64,000 nucleotides of DNA from Lachnospiraceae bacterium (GCA_017411305.1 JAFQQI010000079.1:17463-81462); one strand, 5' to 3'. Positions 22,053 to 33,278 are shown, numbered from the stretch's first letter. Program-made: numbers and translations. Notes: generated by a model not told the origin, from the sequence alone.

Positions 22053-23365
22053 TGTTAAAAACCTTAAAAAACGCATTTAAAATCAAAGATTTAAGAAATA
22101 AGATATTATTTACATTTGCCATGTTAGTTGTGATCCGTTTAGGATCACAGCTTCCTGTGCCGGGTGTAGACAGAAATTATTTTTCTGCCTGGTTTGCGCA
22201 GCAGACAGGGGATGCGTTCAGCTTTTTTAATGCATTTACAGGTGGTTCCTTTATTAATATGTCCATCTTTGCATTAAATATTTCACCCTATATCACATCA
22301 TCCATTATTATGCAGCTCTTGACGGTAGCAATACCGAAACTGGAAGAGATGCAGAAGGAAGGGGAAGACGGAAGAAAGAAAATTGCTTCCATTACCCGTT
22401 ATGTGACGGTAGGACTTGCATTGCTGCAATCAACAGCCATGGCAGTTGCATTCGGTGGTAATGGTCTCTTAGAGAACTATAATGCACTGAATGTAATAAC
22501 AGTCATTGTGGCGCTGACAGCCGGAAGTGCTTTCCTTATGTGGATTGGTGAGAGAATTACAGAGCATGGTGTCGGAAACGGTATTTCCATTGTTTTGGTA
22601 ATCAATATTCTTTCCAGTATCCCTCAGGATATTACAAACCTCTTCGAGCAGTTTGTATTCGGTAAAGCGATTGCAATCGGTGTAGTAGCTGCAGTGGTTA
22701 TTGTTGCAATTATTTTAGCAATGGTAATTTTAGTAATTATTCTGAACAGCGGAGTTCGTAAGATTCCTGTTCAGTATGCGAAAAAAATGCAGGGAAGAAA
22801 AATGGTGGGAGGTCAGACCTCATCCATTCCGTTAAAGGTGAATACGGCAGGCGTAATTCCTGTTATTTTTGCATCATCTTTAATGCAGCTTCCCATTGTA
22901 ATCTGTAGTTTCTTCAGCTACAGCGGAACAGGCATCTGGGGACATATCTTAAAAGGATTAAACTCCTCTTATTGGTGCAGACCCAGTGAGCCTGTATATT
23001 CAATCGGTTTGGTAGTATATGTTTTACTTGTTGTATTTTTTGCATATTTCCAGACCTCACTTAGCTTTAATCCGCTTGAAATTGCAGATAATTTGAAAAA
23101 GCAGGGCGGCTTTATTCCCGGCATCAGACCCGGTAAGCCAACCAGCGAGTACCTGACCAAAATTTTGAATTACATTATCTTCATCGGAGCAATCGGACTT
23201 ATTCTCGTTTGTGTTATACCTTTTGTATTTAACGGCGTGTTTAATGCTTCCGTATCCTTTGGAGGAACCAGCTTAATCATTATTGTAAGTGTTATTCTTG
23301 AAACAATCAAACAGGTTGAATCACAAATGCTGGTACGTAATTACAAAGGTTTTTTAAATGATTAA
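22052..23365 (+). CDS. secY: preprotein translocase SecY
   Basis: SIFALNISPYITSSII, IPGIRPG, GGTSLII. Confidence 0.99.
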   Translation: MLKTLKNAFKIKDLRNKILFTFAMLVVIRLGSQLPVPGVDRNYFSAWFAQQTGDAFSFFNAFTGGSFINMSIFALNISPYITSSIIMQLLTVAIPKLEEMQKEGEDGRKKIASITRYVTVGLALLQSTAMAVAFGGNGLLENYNALNVITVIVALTAGSAFLMWIGERITEHGVGNGISIVLVINILSSIPQDITNLFEQFVFGKAIAIGVVAAVVIVAIILAMVILVIILNSGVRKIPVQYAKKMQGRKMVGGQTSSIPLKVNTAGVIPVIFASSLMQLPIVICSFFSYSGTGIWGHILKGLNSSYWCRPSEPVYSIGLVVYVLLVVFFAYFQTSLSFNPLEIADNLKKQGGFIPGIRPGKPTSEYLTKILNYIIFIGAIGLILVCVIPFVFNGVFNASVSFGGTSLIIIVSVILETIKQVESQMLVRNYKGFLND

Positions 23366-23380
23366 TATTCATTGAACTTT

Positions 23381-23436
23381 TAGAGGTTACAGGGAAGCCG
23401 GGTGTTTAATAAACATGAGACTTTCTGTAACCTCTA
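23381..23436 (+). other. intergenic stem-loop between secY and adk
   Basis: TAGAGGTTACAG/CTGTAACCTCTA 12-bp stem without a U tract. Confidence 0.6.
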
Positions 23437-23462
23437 TACTACTTTAAGACAGGAGAAATATT

Positions 23463-24104
23463 ATGAAAATAATTATGTTAGGCGCGCCCGGTGCCGGCAA
23501 AGGTACTCAGGCAAAAATGATAGCAGAAAAATACAGCGTTCCCCATATCTCTACAGGAGATATTTTCAGAGCTAACATTAAGAACGGCACTGAACTCGGA
23601 ATGGAAGCGAAAAAATATATGGATCAGGGACTTCTTGTTCCCGACGAGTTAACTGTGAAGATTCTTCTTGACAGAGTAGCAAACGATGATTGCAAGAATG
23701 GCTATGTACTTGATGGTTTTCCCAGAACCATTCCTCAGGCAGAAGTACTTGATAAGGCACTTACAGAGCTTGGCGATCAGATTGACTATGCAGTTAATGT
23801 AGAAGTTCCTGATGAAAACATCATTAAAAGAATGGGTGGCAGACGTGCATGCCTTAGCTGCGGTGCAACTTATCATATTGAACATATTCCGCCTAAGACA
23901 GAAGGAATTTGTGATACCTGCGGTAAAGAACTTGTTCTTCGTGATGATGATAAGCCGGAAACCGTAAAGAACCGTCTCGACGTATATCATAAGCAGACAC
24001 AGCCCTTAATTGACTTCTATAGTGCAAAGGGTGTGCTTAAGACAGTAGACGGCACAGTAGATATGAAGGATGTATTTGCCGCTATTACAGCTATTTTAGG
24101 TTAA
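23463..24104 (+). CDS. adk: adenylate kinase (Zn lid)
   Basis: GAPGAGKGT, LDGFPRT, two CxxC in the lid. Confidence 0.99.
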   Translation: MKIIMLGAPGAGKGTQAKMIAEKYSVPHISTGDIFRANIKNGTELGMEAKKYMDQGLLVPDELTVKILLDRVANDDCKNGYVLDGFPRTIPQAEVLDKALTELGDQIDYAVNVEVPDENIIKRMGGRRACLSCGATYHIEHIPPKTEGICDTCGKELVLRDDDKPETVKNRLDVYHKQTQPLIDFYSAKGVLKTVDGTVDMKDVFAAITAILG

Positions 24105-24143
24105 TAGGCAGGCTGACGCAAATTGCGGAAAGGCAAGGGACAT

Positions 24144-24902
24144 ATGGCAGTATCAATCAAATCTGCAAGAGAAATAGAGTTGATGAGAGAATCCTGCAGA
24201 ATTCTTTCTGAAGTACATGAAAGATTAGGCGAGTTTATTAAACCCGGAATTTCCACATGGGAGATTGATGAGCTGGGTGAGAAGTTAATCAGAAGCTATG
24301 ATTGTATTCCGAACTTCTTACATTATAACGGTTATCCCGCATCGGTTTGTGTTTCTGTTAATGATGAGGTGGTACACGGAATTCCATCCAAGAAAAGAAT
24401 CCTACGGGAGGGCGATATTGTAAGTTTGGATGCAGGACTGATATATAAAGGATATCATTCAGATGCGGCAAGAACTTATCCGGTAGGGACTATTTCAAAA
24501 GAGGCAGCAAAGCTGATAGAGGTTACCAGACAGAGCTTTTTTGAAGGGATTAAATTTGCGAAAGCAGGCAATCATTTATATGATATATCAAATGCCATAG
24601 ATGCTTATGTGACCGGCTTTGGTTATGGGATTGTCAGAGATTTGGTGGGACACGGAATCGGTACCAGTCTCCATGAGGAACCACAAATTCCTAATTTCAA
24701 ACAATGGCGCCGGGGAATTAAATTGCAGCCGGGAATGACACTTGCCATTGAACCAATGATTAATATGGGTGATTATGATGTGGCATGGCTTGACGATGAC
24801 TGGACAGTGGTAACAACTGACGGTTCCCTTTCGGCACATTATGAAAATACAGTGCTGATTACGGAGGGAGAGCCGGAAATATTGACACTACCGAAGGCAT
24901 AA
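24144..24902 (+). CDS. map: type I methionine aminopeptidase
   Basis: VVHGIP, GHGIG, HEEP, IEPM, HYENT; start trimmed to 24144. Confidence 0.97.
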   Translation: MAVSIKSAREIELMRESCRILSEVHERLGEFIKPGISTWEIDELGEKLIRSYDCIPNFLHYNGYPASVCVSVNDEVVHGIPSKKRILREGDIVSLDAGLIYKGYHSDAARTYPVGTISKEAAKLIEVTRQSFFEGIKFAKAGNHLYDISNAIDAYVTGFGYGIVRDLVGHGIGTSLHEEPQIPNFKQWRRGIKLQPGMTLAIEPMINMGDYDVAWLDDDWTVVTTDGSLSAHYENTVLITEGEPEILTLPKA

Positions 24903-24914
24903 TGAGGTAATGAA

Positions 24915-25187
24915 ATGATAGGAATGTTTGCAATATCCCTTGCAGGTCATGATAAAGGGCAGATGTATGTCATTATCAATGAAGATGATGAATATTTTTA
25001 TTTATCGGACGGAGCTTTACGTCCCATACAAAAACCCAAGAAAAAAAAGAAAAAGCATGTACAACCGGTAAAAAGCGGTTTTAATCAAACGCTTTTCCAT
25101 AAGCTGCAAAATAGGCAGCTTATATATAATGAAGAAATTAAATTCGCAATTAAAGAAAGAAGAAAACAGGAGGTAGCGAATGTCTAA
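24915..25187 (+). CDS. KOW-domain RNA-binding protein (L14e-like)
   Basis: [12 protein letters not shown]...KPKKK; conserved map-infA position. Confidence 0.88.
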   Translation: MIGMFAISLAGHDKGQMYVIINEDDEYFYLSDGALRPIQKPKKKKKKHVQPVKSGFNQTLFHKLQNRQLIYNEEIKFAIKERRKQEVANV

Positions 25188-25398
25188 AGCAGATGTAATC
25201 GAAATTGAAGGAACTGTAGTAGAAAAACTCCCTAACACCATGTTCCAGGTAGAACTGGAAAACGGACACAGAGTGCTTGCACATATCAGTGGAAAACTCA
25301 GACAGAACTTTATCCGTATTCTGCCCGGTGACAAGGTAACATTGGAATTATCTCCTTATGATTTGTCGAAGGGAAGAATTATCTGGAGAGATAAGTAA
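25180..25398 (+). CDS. infA: translation initiation factor IF-1
   Basis: AHISGK, ELSPYDL. Confidence 0.99.
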   Translation: MSKADVIEIEGTVVEKLPNTMFQVELENGHRVLAHISGKLRQNFIRILPGDKVTLELSPYDLSKGRIIWRDK

Positions 25399-25437
25399 AA
25401 ATTCTGATATTTATACTGTAATATCCGAATAAAGGTA

Positions 25438-25466
25438 TTGCATTTGTAAATATAACATGCTATAAT
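25438..25466 (+). promoter_or_regulatory. internal promoter for rpmJ/alpha operon
   Basis: TTGCAT-17-TATAAT with extended -10 TG. Confidence 0.8.
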
Positions 25467-25499
25467 GTAAAACGGTCTTTTTTGAAAGGAGGGTTTAAC

Positions 25500-25613
25500 A
25501 TGAAGGTTAGATCATCAGTAAAACCGATTTGCGAAAAGTGCAAAATCATTAAAAGAAAAGGACGTATCAGAGTAATCTGCGAGAATCCGAAACACAAACA
25601 GAGACAGGGATAA
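25500..25613 (+). CDS. rpmJ: 50S ribosomal protein L36 (Zn-binding form); absent from ORF track
   Basis: Translates as [37 protein letters not shown]; AAGGAGG RBS. Confidence 0.98.
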   Translation: MKVRSSVKPICEKCKIIKRKGRIRVICENPKHKQRQG

Positions 25614-25904
25614 TCCACTGCTTACAAAGCAGAAGGGTTCTTGTCTATTTATTATGAAGCGGCTGCAGCGTGGTTTGATAAAGAAACCGTGCTGATTATT
25701 ATAATAAATCGTATCAAGGAGCCTTAGTGATTACTTGTTGATATTACCCGTAAGGGTAAAAAGATCGGAAACGTCCGGTTGGGCATAGACCAATGCCCCA
25801 ATCAATTAGTATCAGGTATGCCGGGAAATTGCTTATGCAAGGGCATACGAATGCAGGAAAAGAAAAGCTTTTCCATGCCAGTAAAGAAAATGGAGGAAAC
25901 GTAA

Positions 25905-26273
25905 ATGGCTCGTATTGCAGGTGTTGACTTACCGAGAGAAAAACGTGTAGAAATTGGTTTAACTTATGTTTATGGAATTGGTAGAGTAAGTGCTACCAAG
26001 ATTCTTGAAGCAGCTAACGTTAATCCTGATACCCGTGTCAGAGAACTTACTGACGATGAAGTTAAGAGAATCAGTGAAGTTATTGATGCAGACTACATGG
26101 TTGAAGGTGATTTGAGAAGAGAAGTAGCTCTCAATATCAAGAGACTTCAGGAAATCGGATGCTACAGAGGAATCCGTCACAGAAAAGGACTTCCTGTACG
26201 TGGTCAGAAGACCAAAACAAACGCAAGAACCAGAAAAGGTCCTAAGCGTACCGTTGCTGGTAAGAAGAAATAA
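25905..26273 (+). CDS. rpsM: 30S ribosomal protein S13
   Basis: [22 protein letters not shown]. Confidence 0.99.
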   Translation: MARIAGVDLPREKRVEIGLTYVYGIGRVSATKILEAANVNPDTRVRELTDDEVKRISEVIDADYMVEGDLRREVALNIKRLQEIGCYRGIRHRKGLPVRGQKTKTNARTRKGPKRTVAGKKK

Positions 26274-26319
26274 TGTTACCGTAAATTGATTAAAGAAATG
26301 AGAAAGTAGGTTAGTTTAA

Positions 26320-26718
26320 ATGGCAGCTAAAAAAGTTACAAAAAAAGTGACAAAGAAACGTGTCAAGAAAAACGTTGAACGCGGACAGGCACATATCCAG
26401 TCTTCCTTTAACAACACAATTGTTACATTAACAGATGCTGAAGGAAACGCATTAAGCTGGGCAAGTGCCGGTGGTCTGGGCTTTAGAGGTTCAAAGAAAT
26501 CTACTCCATATGCAGCACAGATGGCAGCTGAAACAGCTACTAAGGCAGCGCTTGTACATGGTTTAAAGACAGTAGATGTATTTGTTAAAGGACCCGGTTC
26601 AGGACGTGAAGCAGCAATCCGTGCGCTTTCAGCTTGCGGTCTTGAAGTAACAAGCATCAGAGACGTAACACCCGTTCCTCATAACGGATGTCGTCCCCCT
26701 AAACGCCGTCGCGTTTAG
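26320..26718 (+). CDS. rpsK: 30S ribosomal protein S11
   Basis: [18 protein letters not shown]. Confidence 0.99.
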   Translation: MAAKKVTKKVTKKRVKKNVERGQAHIQSSFNNTIVTLTDAEGNALSWASAGGLGFRGSKKSTPYAAQMAAETATKAALVHGLKTVDVFVKGPGSGREAAIRALSACGLEVTSIRDVTPVPHNGCRPPKRRRV

Positions 26719-26787
26719 TTATTAGTTATTTTATTAAGTTGGAAGAAGGCGCCAAAGCGCTGTAAACAATATCAGGAGGAAATAAAA

Positions 26788-27381
26788 ATGGCAGTAAACA
26801 GAACACCCGTGTTAAAAAGATGCAGATCTTTAAACCTTGACCCTGTATTTCTTGGATATGACAAGAAATCTAACAGAACAAATGCAAGAGCAGGTAAGAA
26901 GATTAGTGAATATGGTCTTCAGCTTCGCGAAAAGCAGAAAGCTAAATTTATCTACGGCGTACTTGAAAAACCTTTCAGAAACTACTATGAAAGAGCTGAC
27001 AGAATGAAAGGTATGACCGGTGAAAACCTTATGGTTATGCTTGAATCCAGACTGGACAGTGTAGTATTCAGAATGGGCTTTGCAAGAACAAGAAGAGAAG
27101 CAAGACAGATCGTAGGACATAAGCACGTTTTAGTAAACGGCAAGCAGGTAAACATTCCTTCCTACCTTATTAAGGCAGGGGATGTAATCGAAATCAGAGA
27201 AAAATCCAAATCTTTACAGAGATACAAAGATATCCTTGAAGTAACAGGCGGAAGATTAGTGCCTGAATGGATGGACGTAGATCAGGAAGCATTAAAAGGA
27301 ACAGTAAAGAATCTTCCTACAAGAGAAATGATTGATGTTCCCGTAAACGAAATGCTTATCGTCGAATTATATTCCAAATAA
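26788..27381 (+). CDS. rpsD: 30S ribosomal protein S4
   Basis: QLREKQK, LESRLD, IVELYSK. Confidence 0.99.
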   Translation: MAVNRTPVLKRCRSLNLDPVFLGYDKKSNRTNARAGKKISEYGLQLREKQKAKFIYGVLEKPFRNYYERADRMKGMTGENLMVMLESRLDSVVFRMGFARTRREARQIVGHKHVLVNGKQVNIPSYLIKAGDVIEIREKSKSLQRYKDILEVTGGRLVPEWMDVDQEALKGTVKNLPTREMIDVPVNEMLIVELYSK

Positions 27382-27513
27382 TATGTGAATAATGAGCCAA
27401 GCGCATGTGCTATATGCTTGCATAATAGCATATGCATTTGGCGAATGTACATCATGAGCGCAAGGCGTAAGCCTGTAGCGAAAGATGCTTTGTGGAACAC
27501 AAAGATTCACATG
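27382..27513. repeat. multibranched palindromic intergenic element
   Basis: Closing stem ATGTGAAT/ATTCACAT around three hairpins. Confidence 0.6.
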
Positions 27514-27550
27514 GCGCGTTATTAATCGTTCGTAAAGGAGGGTATTTGCA

Positions 27551-28510
27551 GTGTTTGATTTTGAAAGACCAAATATTGAGGTAGCAGAAATCTCTGATGA
27601 CAAGAAGTATGGCAAATTTGTTGTAGAACCTCTTGAAAGAGGATACGGCATCACACTTGGTAATTCATTAAGAAGAATTATGCTTTCATCCTTACCCGGC
27701 GCAGCAGTTAGCCAGGTGAAAATCGAAGGCGTTCTTCATGAGTTCAGTTCCATTGAAGGCGTTAAGGAAGATGTGACTGAAATCATCATGAATATCAAGA
27801 GTCTTGCAATCAGAAATAACAGCGATACAAATGAACCTAAGACCGCATACATTGAGTATGAAGGTGAAGGTGTTGTAAAGGCTTCCGATATTCAGGTAGA
27901 TCAGGATATTGAAATTTTGAATCCTGATATCACCATCGCAACTCTTTGCGGTAAGAATACTAAGCTGTACATGGAACTTACAATTACCAAAGGTAGAGGT
28001 TATGTAAGTGCTGATAAGAATAAGAGCGATGATTTGCCCATCGGTGTTATTGCAGTAGATTCTATCTATACACCTGTTGAAAGAGTTAATGTAACCGTAG
28101 AAAACACCCGTGTTGGTCAGATCACAGACTTTGATAAGCTGACACTGGATGTATATACCAACGGAACATTGGTTCCGGATGAAGCGGTTAGCTTAGCTGC
28201 AAAAGTACTTAGCGAACACTTGAGCCTTTTCATTGACTTATCCGAAAATGCCAAAACAGCTGAAGTTATGGTAGAAAAAGAAGAAGATGAAAAAGAAAAA
28301 GTATTGGAAATGAGCATTGATGAATTAGAATTATCTGTTCGTTCCTATAACTGCTTAAAGAGAGCTGGTATCAACACAGTAGAAGAGTTAACAAACAAGA
28401 CTTCTGAAGATATGATGAAAGTTCGTAATCTCGGACGCAAGTCATTGGAAGAAGTACTTGCTAAGTTAAAAGAACTGGGATTGCAGTTAAACCCCAGTGA
28501 TGAAGCGTAA
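27551..28510 (+). CDS. rpoA: RNA polymerase alpha subunit
   Basis: [27 protein letters not shown]. Confidence 0.99.
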   Translation: MFDFERPNIEVAEISDDKKYGKFVVEPLERGYGITLGNSLRRIMLSSLPGAAVSQVKIEGVLHEFSSIEGVKEDVTEIIMNIKSLAIRNNSDTNEPKTAYIEYEGEGVVKASDIQVDQDIEILNPDITIATLCGKNTKLYMELTITKGRGYVSADKNKSDDLPIGVIAVDSIYTPVERVNVTVENTRVGQITDFDKLTLDVYTNGTLVPDEAVSLAAKVLSEHLSLFIDLSENAKTAEVMVEKEEDEKEKVLEMSIDELELSVRSYNCLKRAGINTVEELTNKTSEDMMKVRNLGRKSLEEVLAKLKELGLQLNPSDEA

Positions 28511-28718
28511 TTGCTTGAAGCAAAGACGTGCAGTATTTAGTGAGACGCTATGGTAAACCCGATGAGTACATGGCGCATTCTCATGGCTGTAATCTGCGTG
28601 GCAGATTGCGTGTAACTGCATTCGGCAAATAAGTCCAAAGAGCGTAGCCGGATGTACCATTAAGGGCAGGAATGCCCCGGTGAGAAAAGGAGTACATCTC
28701 CTTTAGAAAGGAGCCAAC

Positions 28719-29255
28719 ATGGCAAAATACAGAAAATTAGGCAGAACATCTGACCAGAGAAAAGCAATGCTGAGAAGCTTAGTAACAAGCCTTATTTACA
28801 ATGGTAAGATTGTTACTACAGAAGCAAGAGCAAAAGAAGTTCAGAAAATCGTTGACGGACTTATCGCACTTGGTGTAAAAGAAAAAGATAACTTTGAAAC
28901 AGTAGAAGTTGAAGCTAAGGTTCCTATGAAGGACAAAGACGGTAAGAGAGTAAAAGAAGTTGTTGACGGTAAGAAGGTTACCAAATATGAAACTGTTAAG
29001 AAGCAGGTAAAGAAGGATATGCCTTCACGAATGAACGCAAGAAGAAAGATGATCAAGGTTTTATATCCTGTAACAGAAGTTCCGGTTGCAGCAGCAGGCA
29101 AGAAAAAAGCTACCAAGGAAATTGATTTGGTTGCAAAAATCTTTGATGAATACGGTGTAAAGTATGCAAGCCGTAACGGTGGTTATACAAGAATCGTAAA
29201 GATTGGCCAGCGTAAAGGTGACGGAGCAATGCAGGTTGTTCTTGAATTGGTTTAA
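28719..29255 (+). CDS. rplQ: 50S ribosomal protein L17 (long form)
   Basis: RKLGRTSDQR, GGYTRIVK; internal insertions. Confidence 0.97.
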   Translation: MAKYRKLGRTSDQRKAMLRSLVTSLIYNGKIVTTEARAKEVQKIVDGLIALGVKEKDNFETVEVEAKVPMKDKDGKRVKEVVDGKKVTKYETVKKQVKKDMPSRMNARRKMIKVLYPVTEVPVAAAGKKKATKEIDLVAKIFDEYGVKYASRNGGYTRIVKIGQRKGDGAMQVVLELV

Positions 29256-29264
29256 TTTTTTGAT

Positions 29265-29310
29265 AAAAACCTCAAAATGTACAAAAAAAGTGCATTTTGA
29301 GGTTTTTTTT
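29265..29310 (+). terminator. alpha operon terminator
   Basis: AAAAACCTCAAAATGTAC/GTGCATTTTGAGG followed by a T run. Confidence 0.85.
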
Positions 29311-29377
29311 AGTGCAATTTTATAGGAAATATGATATACTGTTTTCAAGACTTGTAACATCGGAAGGAGAGATGACT

Positions 29378-31075
29378 ATGAAATTACAATCTAAAATTTT
29401 AGCGATGGCGATATTACCGTTAATTATCTTAGGTGCAGCAACCTTGATTGTAAGTAATATCGAAATTAATGCGGTTGTAACAGATAGTATCGAAAACGGA
29501 TTAAGAGCAGCAGCCCATTCCGTAAGTGACACATTAAGCTATGTAGATGAGGGAGAATATTTTGTTGATGGCGATATTCTTTACAAAGGCGAATTTAATA
29601 TCACAGAATCTACTGAAATTGCAGATGATTTGAGAAACAGTGCAGATACCGATATCACTATTTTCTTTGGTGATACACGTTATATGACATCAGTTATCGA
29701 TGATTCTGGAAACAGAGTACTATATACACAGGCCGGTGCAGCTATCATCGAAAAGGTATTAAACGGCGGACAGGAACATTTTGCAACTCATGTTGATGTA
29801 GTTGGTAAAGAGTATTTTGCTTATTACATGCCGTTATATGCACCTGACGGAAGTACTATTATCGGTATGGTATTTGCAGGTATGCCTCAGGCAGACGCTG
29901 AAGCTCAGATCAATACCATCATTGGTATCATTGCAGCGATGGTAATCGGTGTAGTGGCTATCGTTGGCATCATTGTATTTTTTGCTGTACTTATGATGGT
30001 GAAAGCGTTACGTGTAGGTACTGATGCACTTGAAAAGTTATCTGAAGGTAAGCTGAATATTAACTTAGATGAAAAAGTATTAAAGCGTAAAGATGAACTT
30101 GGCGTAATTGGACGTGCTATTCAGAAACTGAAAGATGAATTGACAGGAATTATTACCGGCATTAAAGAGCAGAGTAATGAATTAAACAGCTCTTCCGTAT
30201 ATTTACAGGAGAAGGCTGCTGCCAGCGCAGAGCATGTGACACAGGTAGAACGTGCGGTAGAAGAAATTGCAGACGGAGCAGGAAATCAGGCTGAAGAAAC
30301 CCAGAAGGCAACAGAAAACGTTATCATCATGGGTAATATGATTGAAGAAACTGTTACTGCAATCGATTCCCTGAATCAGAATGCAAAACAGATTAAAGAG
30401 CTTGGTGAACAGGCAACTGCTACTTTACATGCTTTAGAAGCAATCAATAAGCAGACAACATCAGCAATTGATGTTATTTCTGAACAGACCAATACAACCA
30501 ATACTTCCGCACAGAAGATTAAAGAAGCTACTGCATTAATTACAGATATTGCAGAAGAAACCAATCTGTTATCCTTAAATGCTTCCATTGAGGCAGCAAG
30601 AGCAGGTGAACAGGGCAGAGGCTTTGCGGTAGTAGCAGCTCAGATTCAGAAGCTTGCTGAACAGTCTAATGAATCCGCAAGACAGATTGAAGAAATCATT
30701 ACTTCACTGCTTAGAGATTCCGAAAAGGCTGTAGAAACCATGGAAGAAGTAAGAGTTATCATGGGCAAGCAGAACGAGCATGTCGGAAAGACTGATGAGC
30801 AGGTTAATCAGGTGCTTGATCGTGTTGACCAGTCCATTGAAGCTATCAGCAAGATTGCAGATCAGACAGCAACCATTAACGATGCAAGAGTTAATGTAAC
30901 AGATACTGTACAGAACCTGACAGCAGTTGCAGAAGAGAATGCGGCTAGTACACAGGAATCTGCAGCATCCGTAAATCAGGTTGGTGAAATTATTCATGAT
31001 ATTGCAGATAATGCAAATCACTTAAAGGATATCGCAAGCAACCTTGACAGAAGCATGGCAATGTTTGAACTGTAA
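29378..31075 (+). CDS. methyl-accepting chemotaxis protein (Cache sensor, HAMP)
   Basis: TM-Cache-TM-HAMP; [30 protein letters not shown] signalling motif. Confidence 0.95.
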   Translation: MKLQSKILAMAILPLIILGAATLIVSNIEINAVVTDSIENGLRAAAHSVSDTLSYVDEGEYFVDGDILYKGEFNITESTEIADDLRNSADTDITIFFGDTRYMTSVIDDSGNRVLYTQAGAAIIEKVLNGGQEHFATHVDVVGKEYFAYYMPLYAPDGSTIIGMVFAGMPQADAEAQINTIIGIIAAMVIGVVAIVGIIVFFAVLMMVKALRVGTDALEKLSEGKLNINLDEKVLKRKDELGVIGRAIQKLKDELTGIITGIKEQSNELNSSSVYLQEKAAASAEHVTQVERAVEEIADGAGNQAEETQKATENVIIMGNMIEETVTAIDSLNQNAKQIKELGEQATATLHALEAINKQTTSAIDVISEQTNTTNTSAQKIKEATALITDIAEETNLLSLNASIEAARAGEQGRGFAVVAAQIQKLAEQSNESARQIEEIITSLLRDSEKAVETMEEVRVIMGKQNEHVGKTDEQVNQVLDRVDQSIEAISKIADQTATINDARVNVTDTVQNLTAVAEENAASTQESAASVNQVGEIIHDIADNANHLKDIASNLDRSMAMFEL

Positions 31076-31157
31076 GATATAAGATTTTAGGATTACATAG
31101 TCTATAAAATTTCCTGCTAAAGGAATTGGCAGAAATTGATTGATTTGAATAGTAAGT

Positions 31158-31226
31158 AAAAAGAACGATACGTTTTGATATACCGTTGCTTTACAGACAG
31201 GTATTATCAGACGTATCGTTTTTGTT
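31158..31226. terminator. bidirectional terminator between MCP and M15 peptidase genes
   Basis: AACGATACGT...ACGTATCGTT stem flanked by A and T runs. Confidence 0.7.
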
Positions 31227-31274
31227 GTAATATATGATATATTTTTAAATTTGCAAGAAAAAGATTTTTATAAT

Positions 31275-32258
31275 CTATTCCACAACTTTCTGAAAATGCT
31301 GATAATCCTTGCATGAGTTCCAGTCACCACCCCATACAAAGCCATGCTCTTTGAACAGCTTGTAGCATAAATCATTTTCATCAATTTTATAAGGAAAGCT
31401 TTGGGAACGGTCAACATATATTTCACTTCCTTCAGGAGAAATATAGGTTTCACCGCTTCCGTTTTTATTAAAGACTACATAAGGATTGTAAAAGGGGTTG
31501 ATATCAATGGCACAGCCAATTGCATGCTTACTTAAACTGCTTGTACCGTCTACCACCCTATAGTTAAAGCAGGAGGTATTGTTGTCCAGCATGGAAGCAG
31601 TATCATCACCGCCATATTCGTCTACAAGGCGTATCTTTTCAATTTGATATTCATTGACATATAGCTCATGAAAAATTTCTATGAAATCATCAGCTATCTT
31701 TCTGTTACAAATAAGTTCGCCAATCTGAATTTCACCATTGAAGTCATAATGAAGTACTTGCATATAGCATAAGTCGTCATAAGAAATACCTAAATTAGCG
31801 GCAGCATCATCGGATACTATATTGTTTGCAGTAACAGCAAGTGCCGGAGCAATGGATTCTGCTACAGGATAAGAAATACCTGTAATCTTAGAAATGACTG
31901 CATCGGTCAAAGGTTGATAAAAGAAGCCATCTGCGTAGTGAGTACTGTCTGCTGTTTCTTCTGTAAGCGGAATGAAACCCGTTGTCGTTTCTTCAGCCGG
32001 AGGTGTGAAATCTTCAGTTGAATTCTGTGCAGAGCCGTCAGGAACTTCTGCGGGTGTGGGCTGTTTTTCCGGAGTTGCATAGGCTATTTCCGGATTAGCC
32101 TTTGCATAGTCAGAAAGAGTTTCGGAACCGGAAAGAACTCGCACCATTACGGAACATAATAGAATCATGATTACCAAAAAGCCAAAGGGCTTCCATAATT
32201 TATCCATAAAATACCTCTTGTCATATATTTGTTTATTATGTTGCAGCTTAGCCTTCAT
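31275..32258 (-). CDS. M15 family metallopeptidase, membrane-anchored
   Basis: FNYR, SKHAIGCAIDINP, WGGDW and DYQHF motifs; N-terminal TM and P/T/E-rich linker. Confidence 0.88.
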   Translation of the reverse strand: MKAKLQHNKQIYDKRYFMDKLWKPFGFLVIMILLCSVMVRVLSGSETLSDYAKANPEIAYATPEKQPTPAEVPDGSAQNSTEDFTPPAEETTTGFIPLTEETADSTHYADGFFYQPLTDAVISKITGISYPVAESIAPALAVTANNIVSDDAAANLGISYDDLCYMQVLHYDFNGEIQIGELICNRKIADDFIEIFHELYVNEYQIEKIRLVDEYGGDDTASMLDNNTSCFNYRVVDGTSSLSKHAIGCAIDINPFYNPYVVFNKNGSGETYISPEGSEIYVDRSQSFPYKIDENDLCYKLFKEHGFVWGGDWNSCKDYQHFQKVVE

Positions 32259-32330
32259 TATTCATAAAAGAATCTGTTACGCATCCGATGCTGAACTGCT
32301 AATATCTATCATACGGCAAATCGGAATCTA

Positions 32331-32359
32331 TTGCAAATAAAAGCGATATCTAGTACAAT
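32331..32359 (+). promoter_or_regulatory. ecf operon promoter
   Basis: TTGCAA-17-TACAAT. Confidence 0.65.
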
Positions 32360-32432
32360 AAATGGCAGATTAAGTTTGAAAAATAAGTGGTAGCAGTAAT
32401 GTAAGCGGGGATTTATTCCTCAGGAGATTATC

Positions 32433-33278
32433 ATGGGAATTGTAAAAACCAAGGACCTTGTATTTGAATATATCAGAAGAGATGAAGAGGGTAATGTAGA
32501 AGGAATTACCCGTGCCGTTGACGAAGTCACTCTGGATATTGAGCAGGGAGACTTTGTGGCCATTTTGGGGCATAACGGCTCAGGAAAGTCTACACTTGCC
32601 AAGCATATAAATGCTATTCTGTATCCGACTGAAGGTACAGTCTGGGTGGACGGTATGGATACTGCAAAGGATGAGCACTTATGGGATATCCGGCAAAAAG
32701 CAGGCATGGTGTTCCAAAACCCTGATAACCAAATCATCGGACAGGTGGTGGAAGAGGATGTAGGATTCGGACCGGAAAATTTAGGTGTGCCGACCCAAGA
32801 AATTTGGGAACGTGTGGAAGAAAGTTTGAAGGCAGTAGGAATGTATGAATTCCGGAAGCATTCCCCTAATAAGCTTTCGGGAGGACAGAAACAGAGAGTC
32901 TCCATAGCGGGGGTCATTGCTATGCATCCTAAGTGTATCGTACTTGATGAGCCCACTGCCATGTTAGATCCCAATGGTCGCAAAGAAGTCATCCGTGCGG
33001 TGCGAGCATTAAACGATGTGGAAAATATAACAGTAATTCTCATTACACATTATATGGAAGAAATTGTTCATGCCAATAAAGTATTTGTTATGGATAACGG
33101 CAAAGTGGCAATGCAGGGAACGCCCCGCGAGATTTTTTCACAAGTGGAGAAGCTGAAGAGCCTTCGATTGGATGTACCACAGGTTACGTTGCTTGCTCAT
33201 GAACTGCGTAAAAGCGGGCTTGAGTTACCGGAGGGAATTTTGACCAAGGAAGAGCTTGTTAAAGCCCTTGGTTTGTAA
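32433..33278 (+). CDS. ecfA1: ECF transporter ATPase A1
   Basis: [23 protein letters not shown]. Confidence 0.93.
   Translation: MGIVKTKDLVFEYIRRDEEGNVEGITRAVDEVTLDIEQGDFVAILGHNGSGKSTLAKHINAILYPTEGTVWVDGMDTAKDEHLWDIRQKAGMVFQNPDNQIIGQVVEEDVGFGPENLGVPTQEIWERVEESLKAVGMYEFRKHSPNKLSGGQKQRVSIAGVIAMHPKCIVLDEPTAMLDPNGRKEVIRAVRALNDVENITVILITHYMEEIVHANKVFVMDNGKVAMQGTPREIFSQVEKLKSLRLDVPQVTLLAHELRKSGLELPEGILTKEELVKALGL

Noticed and set aside
13159-29360. Many short alternative-frame and antisense ORFs in the ribosomal cluster
   Set aside because: Shadows of strongly codon-biased genes; no RBS or recognisable motifs.
32420-33043. 207-aa minus-strand ORF
   Set aside because: Antisense shadow of the ecfA1 ATPase.
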